NCBI GenBank assembly: GCA_036479435.1
Contig: JAZGFI010000288.1
Span: 3,669 to 67,668 of the forward strand
From: Planctomycetota bacterium
GTDB taxonomy: Bacteria; Planctomycetota; GCA-002687715; DRQF01
Length of the DNA stretch: 64,000 bases
Direction: 5' to 3'
Positions 60,201-64,000 of this stretch are shown piece after piece. Numbering within the stretch: the stretch's first letter is position 1; the number at the start of each line of letters is the position of its first letter. A program made the translations under genes and the position numbers. A model generated the notes under the pieces. The model saw only the letters and a program-made list of their open reading frames with translations. It did no database searches and was not told the DNA's origin.

Positions 60201-60864
60201 ATTGAGGCTTGCCGACGGAGATCTTTCAAACCTCGTCAAGATCTTCGGCGGCAAAGCGAACAGTCTCCAAGGACGGGCGAACTTGGTGATGGGAATGTCG
60301 GGACAGGTTGGAGAACTCGATAGTTATCGTGGAGAGGCGCGGGCGAAGATGCGTGGCGATCGACTCTACGATTTGCCCTTCTTCGCTCCGGTTTTTCAGC
60401 TCATCAACTTCGACTTTCTGACCACTCCGCAGCGAGGCTCGCAGCGAGGCGAAGTTGTGATGTCTTTGGGTAACCGAGAACTGACCGTTGAGTCGGCGTC
60501 TTTCCGTGGACCTGGTATCAACCTGGATGGCAGCGGCGCCATCGGTTTTGACGGTCTTTGCAAGCTGGCCTTTGAACCCAAGGCGATCAAGTTGCTGGAT
60601 AGCATCCCCATCGTTGGCGACATCAGCGACTTGGTCGGCGGGATCATCGTCGACAAAGTCTATGTTACTGGCCCGATCGAAAATCCCCGAGCGAGCATCG
60701 GCAACTACATCACGGATCTTTTGCCTTCGGCCCCAGACTCGGGGCGGCGGCCGGTCATTCGCCCCCCACGGGAAGACAAGAAGTCAAAGACGCCGCCGTC
60801 ATCGAGACCGACGCCTAAGCTCGGGCCGAAATCCAAGTCTGCATCAAAGCCGAGGAGACCATGA
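57220..60864 (+). CDS. AsmA-like (YhdP/TamB-type) bridge protein
   Basis: N-terminal TM; LGALFSGELKVKRIAIEQPVVYLR AsmA-N pattern; long beta-rich body; C-terminal LDGSGAIG...IPIVG...VTGPIENP. Confidence 0.75.
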   Translation: MYRRHYYLLALVFLGGVLALDLSFLLHPDRLERLIDAELSKNLKVDYRYDELGFDGRAIIVEKLELSRPKNPDQLALSCERVGVTLDLGALFSGELKVKRIAIEQPVVYLRWNDQGDLDLASLVKSSDTKSRAPTIPVLDITGLQLKFINAPFFDDARDINIGHVDLELTPRFSDAFSYSFSGKVKDETFGRLDIEGTFGAALFRGAVRCQGFRITPELIGLFRKDLRQALEPIRMSGGLDLKLDVDSQELLQGVDLRLTATTKGLGLGWGNSPDLVEGLEGTFVFEGQRFESKHLQFKLCGAPVRVTDFRVDFPHKIGSLNVVTGNDGLVVDEPTFFARALVEDLWLSEEFGKSLLELPDPFPEIGETIIALGCEGKIVLDCTLSRDPKKQRDPAQRRVAIDCAIDFQETTMAWRGYADDDTGLREGYPYPFTRLIGRLQLHNDGIFTVGEGLRSQAEDQDVVIKGRVDFGRQPLAYDVRVEAIELNLDGRIKAALSDDEKKIYDSFDPEGQIDFDLHVQRLASALDEDAQVRIEFGLHLDSAKPEVFPIDLVNVEGRVVLEEGRPISLRGITAEAATAKFSLGGELDFSDDGGDGDFKLEIGVEDLQADATFLNALRLPYPDVSNELTRYQLKGLFDVEATIDSNPAVANIFDLTLKGVDFRIPDLAEVPFENYRGKLRVVGERLDVVSGGFSAYGNQMEPSGWVTFGDDARWDLRVKGSRLTVDDRLMRFAASFSEEVAEFTNQFDASGHTGLDVRLRRSSVGELITTRVLPVGLSLRHRSKPLVIGNIHGILEIRGDALRLEELTSDLIGGRGPNPVPATVSLGQGSFTSMDGLHLKDIQIVGLPLGASTVSWAPAAVGEFLRDLAMEGHVDVSVEVLRFHEGRAVFKADIKPRLLRADVGFSLELNSGVLDLSSAVVTADGLEFMEGRFKRSHGKIQRFLFQKLAADFLFENGALSLSKIDTRLIGGRTNPKETRFKVQLGEVKTFDLGLRLADGDLSNLVKIFGGKANSLQGRANLVMGMSGQVGELDSYRGEARAKMRGDRLYDLPFFAPVFQLINFDFLTTPQRGSQRGEVVMSLGNRELTVESASFRGPGINLDGSGAIGFDGLCKLAFEPKAIKLLDSIPIVGDISDLVGGIIVDKVYVTGPIENPRASIGNYITDLLPSAPDSGRRPVIRPPREDKKSKTPPSSRPTPKLGPKSKSASKPRRP

Positions 60865-61928
60865 AGAATACTTACGTCGTGATCATGGCGGGAGGTTCCG
60901 GGACGCGATTTTGGCCCCGCGGACGCCGTAGTCTTCCGAAGCAGCTGTTGGCCATGGGGCCTGGTGGCACCTTGATTCAAGAGACTTGGGCTCGCATCCC
61001 AGCGTCGATTGGAGTCGAAAGGACCTTAGTTCTGACCGGCGCGAGCCAAGTTGAGGCTCTGTGCGAACAGTTGCCTGAGCTGTCGTGCGAGAACGTCATC
61101 GCCGAACCTGCGGGGCGTGATACGGCGCCTTGTATCGCCTTGGCGGCGGCGGTGGTACACCGGCGGTGCGCGGATGCGGTGATGATCGTGCTCGCCGCCG
61201 ATCACGTCATTCAGCCGCCCGAGGCCTTTCAGCATTGCCTCGAACGCGCGGTGCAAGCGGCGCGATCAACCGAGGGCTTGATCACCTTGGGCATCCCGCC
61301 GAGCTACGCGGCCACGGGCTATGGCTATCTAGAGTTGGGAGCTGAGATTGAACCGGGGCTTCGCGAAGTTGCGAACTTCGTGGAGAAGCCGGTTGAGGCG
61401 GTGGCTCAGGATTACTTGGCAGCTGGCAACTACCTTTGGAATAGCGGCATTTTCATTTGGAAGGCTGCGACGGTACTCGAAGAGCTTAAGGTCTTCGTCC
61501 CCCAACTCGCCGAGGGCGTCGAGCGGATCGCCGCGGCTGATGGCGATGAGTTCGATGCGATCTTGGCTAGTGACTATCCGAAGTTGGAAAAGATCAGCAT
61601 CGATTACGCGGTCATGGAGCGGTCGAAACGTCGGTATTGCGTTCCCGCGACTTTTGAGTGGGACGACGTGGGATCATTCTCTGCGCTCGCACGGTTGAAT
61701 CCCGCCGACGCTCGTGGAAACGTCGCACTCGGTGACGTGCTGGTCCTCGATACGAAGGGCTGCATCATCGACAATCGCAGCGACGGCCTCGTGGCGACGC
61801 TCGGTGTCTCCGACCTGATTGTCGTACGCACTCAAGATGCGGTGCTCGTCGCCCGCAAAGACCAAGCTGAGCGCGTCAAGGAGATTGTCCAAGAATTGGA
61901 GCGAAAAGGTGAAACTCGATACCTTTGA
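60861..61928 (+). CDS. manC: Mannose-1-phosphate guanylyltransferase
   Basis: IMAGGSGTRFWP, PKQLL, EPAGRDTAP, FVEKP, WNSGIF, SIDYAVME, WDDVGS. Confidence 0.93.
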   Translation: MKNTYVVIMAGGSGTRFWPRGRRSLPKQLLAMGPGGTLIQETWARIPASIGVERTLVLTGASQVEALCEQLPELSCENVIAEPAGRDTAPCIALAAAVVHRRCADAVMIVLAADHVIQPPEAFQHCLERAVQAARSTEGLITLGIPPSYAATGYGYLELGAEIEPGLREVANFVEKPVEAVAQDYLAAGNYLWNSGIFIWKAATVLEELKVFVPQLAEGVERIAAADGDEFDAILASDYPKLEKISIDYAVMERSKRRYCVPATFEWDDVGSFSALARLNPADARGNVALGDVLVLDTKGCIIDNRSDGLVATLGVSDLIVVRTQDAVLVARKDQAERVKEIVQELERKGETRYL

Positions 61929-61991
61929 TAGGCCGAAGGCGAGTCGTCGTCAGGCAGATCGATCGAGATTTTTTTCAGGGGACGAAGGGTC

Positions 61992-62423
61992 TTGAAGAGC
62001 GAGTCGTTTGCGGGGCGCCTGATGGGCCTCGACTACGGTGAGAAACGGATCGGCATCGCCATGAGCGACCCGATGCGAATCCTCGCCACCCCCTCCCAAG
62101 TCTTGACGCGGACCGAGATCAGTCGTGACCTCGCGGCCCTCAAGGCCCTCGCCGAATCCGAAGGCGTAACCGCCATCGTGTTGGGCTTGCCGACGAATAC
62201 GGATGGCAGCGAAGGTGAAATGGTGGTCAAGGTGCGCGCTTTCGCAGCGCAGCTAGAAGAGGCGCTCAAGCTGCCACTACATTTCATGGATGAGACCTAC
62301 AGCTCGCTGGAGGCCGACGCCATGCTTCGGACTCGTGAACGCGATTGGAGAAAACGCAAAGCCAAGCGCGACATGTTCGCGGCCCAGGTCATTCTTCGCG
62401 CCTGGATGGATCACTACCTCTAG
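61992..62423 (+). CDS. ruvX: YqgF/RuvX family RNase H-like nuclease
   Basis: GLDYGEKRIGIAMSD, VLGLP, DETYSS, D..AAQVIL. Confidence 0.92.
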   Translation: MKSESFAGRLMGLDYGEKRIGIAMSDPMRILATPSQVLTRTEISRDLAALKALAESEGVTAIVLGLPTNTDGSEGEMVVKVRAFAAQLEEALKLPLHFMDETYSSLEADAMLRTRERDWRKRKAKRDMFAAQVILRAWMDHYL

Positions 62424-62743
62424 ACGGCAGGCCCTTGCTATACTCTGGCGCATTGAAGCAGCGACAGCTTGGCTTTTGGCCTAAAGAGGCGCCATAAGTC
62501 ATTGCTCATAATGAGTTTATGTTGTTTTGCGGACGCGCTCCTTGATTCGTGTTTGTCACGTGAATGAGGGTTCCACCCTGGGCTGGGATTGGCCATTTTC
62601 GGATTTGCTCCTTCTCCGGGAGCGACCGAGTGGTTTTTCGCGGCGCGGGGTGCAGGAAGAAGGGCTCGTAACCGGGTGTTCAAAAGACACCCGCTCGAGC
62701 ACATCGGCAATCAGCCATAGCCAATTATTAGAGAGAAGAACCG

Positions 62744-63034
62744 ATGTCAGAACTGACGGAGACCATCCCCGACAAGGCCGATATTATTGGTCGTTTTCGG
62801 ACCCATACCGGTGATACCGGATCACCCGAAGTGCAAGTTGCGTTGCTTTCTGCGCGCATCAAACACCTCACCGAGCACCTCAAGTCGCACAAAAAGGACA
62901 ACACGTCCCGCCGCGGCCTGTTGATGATGGTCGGTAAGCGCTCGAGGCTCCTCCGGTACCTGTGGCGCCAAGATCCCAGCCGTCACGACAAGGTGGTGCA
63001 AGAGCTCGGAATTCGCTCAACTCACGGGCGCTAG
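62744..63034 (+). CDS. rpsO: 30S ribosomal protein S15
   Basis: [29 protein letters not shown]...[10 protein letters not shown]. Confidence 0.97.
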   Translation: MSELTETIPDKADIIGRFRTHTGDTGSPEVQVALLSARIKHLTEHLKSHKKDNTSRRGLLMMVGKRSRLLRYLWRQDPSRHDKVVQELGIRSTHGR

Positions 63035-63132
63035 AATTGAGCGGCATTGCCCCTGGACACGGGTCCGGGGCCGATGCCCCGCCTTCGGCCTTCAAGGGAA
63101 TGTCGGAGTTTTGAAGGAATGAAGGAAAGAGA

Positions 63133-64000
63133 ATGAAATTTAATCAAATCAAGGTTCAAACGAACCTGGAAGGGAAGACGCTAAGCCTCGAAACTGGCTA
63201 CTTGGCAAAACAGTCTTCCGCTTCCGTCATCGCCACGCTTGGCGACACCGTCGTCTTTTCGTCGGTCTGCTCCGCTGACCCCCGTCCGGGGCTCGATTTT
63301 TTCCCCCTTAGTGTCGATTATCGCGAGAAACTTCAGGCTGCGGGTAAGTTCCCCGGCGGCTTCATGAAGCGCGAAGGACGACCGACAACCAAAGAAATCC
63401 TGACCTGCCGTCTCATCGATCGCCCCGCGCGCCCGATGTTTCCGGAGGCCTACAAAGACGAAGTGCAGATTTGCACCTTCGTAGTGCAGATCGATCGTGA
63501 GAACGATCCCGACATGGTGGCGATGAACGCTTCCTTTGCCGCCCTGCACGTTGGCGACTTGCCGTTCTTCGGCCCCTTGGGCGCCGTGCGCGTCGCGCGC
63601 GTTGAAGGTAAGTTCGTCCTGTTTCCCAGCACTGAGGAAGTCAAAGAAGCTGACATGGAGTTGATCGTCGCGGGTAACCACGACGCGATCACCATGGTAG
63701 AAGCGTCTTGCAACGAAGTCTCGGAAGAGGACTTCTTGGACGCCCTCGATTACGCCCACGCTGGCGTCAAGACCATCTGCAAACTCATGGATGAGTTTCA
63801 AAAGAAGGTCGGCAACAAGAAAACCCCCTACGTCGAACCCGAGAATTCGCATCACGAGATCTACGACTCCGTTATGGACGAGTATCGCGATCGCTTCGAG
63901 GACCGGATTTTCACCGAGGGCAAGCACGAGAGGACGGCGGCGCTTCGCGATCTTCGCAACCAGGCGATGGACCAATTCGTCAGTGACGATGACGGTGATG
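63133..64000 (+). CDS. pnp: Polyribonucleotide nucleotidyltransferase (5' part; runs off the window)
   Basis: Manual translation MKFNQIK...LETGYLAKQ...DFFPLSVDYREKLQAAGKFPGGFMKREGRP...RLIDRP; rpsO-pnp order. Confidence 0.96.
   Translation, partial: MKFNQIKVQTNLEGKTLSLETGYLAKQSSASVIATLGDTVVFSSVCSADPRPGLDFFPLSVDYREKLQAAGKFPGGFMKREGRPTTKEILTCRLIDRPARPMFPEAYKDEVQICTFVVQIDRENDPDMVAMNASFAALHVGDLPFFGPLGAVRVARVEGKFVLFPSTEEVKEADMELIVAGNHDAITMVEASCNEVSEEDFLDALDYAHAGVKTICKLMDEFQKKVGNKKTPYVEPENSHHEIYDSVMDEYRDRFEDRIFTEGKHERTAALRDLRNQAMDQFVSDDDGD

Noticed and set aside
62527-62814. 95-aa ORF upstream of rpsO, and a possible S15 leader RNA
   Set aside because: The ORF overlaps rpsO out of frame with no motif or RBS; I could not define a convincing leader structure by eye.
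63181-63975. 264-aa minus-strand ORF
   Set aside because: Antisense shadow of pnp.

Overview
GC-rich (about 60%), densely coding bacterial chromosome segment. It is probably from a planctomycete (inference from many HEAT/TPR proteins, the hemolysin-recO-bamD-lptE order, standalone AsmA-like and secreted multi-domain proteins). Most genes are housekeeping: glcD (partial), cN-II-type 5'-nucleotidase, ubiE/menG, thiC, smr, trmJ, mscL, korAB, gpsA-plsY, hydantoinase/oxoprolinase A+B, hutI, ftsH-folP-cdaA-cdaR-glmM-alr, AsmA-like, manC, ruvX, rpsO and pnp (partial). I saw no rRNA, tRNA, CRISPR array or transposase. Five signals stand out. (1) Three unrelated secreted proteins end in the same ~50-110 aa C-terminal domain, a candidate sorting/secretion tag. 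(2) A TPR-HscC-like Hsp70-J(KPE) operon lies near a 1658-aa TPR giant paired with a degenerate J-like protein. (3) A separately encoded TIMP/NTR-like protein sits before a matrixin protease. (4) A HEAT protein carries a secretin-like hairpin. (5) There are intergenic repeats: a 39-bp dispersed element, a GGTGCCWGGCACC nested hairpin, and a 66-bp duplication at the cdaA/cdaR junction. All family calls come from motif recognition by eye; no database searches were run.
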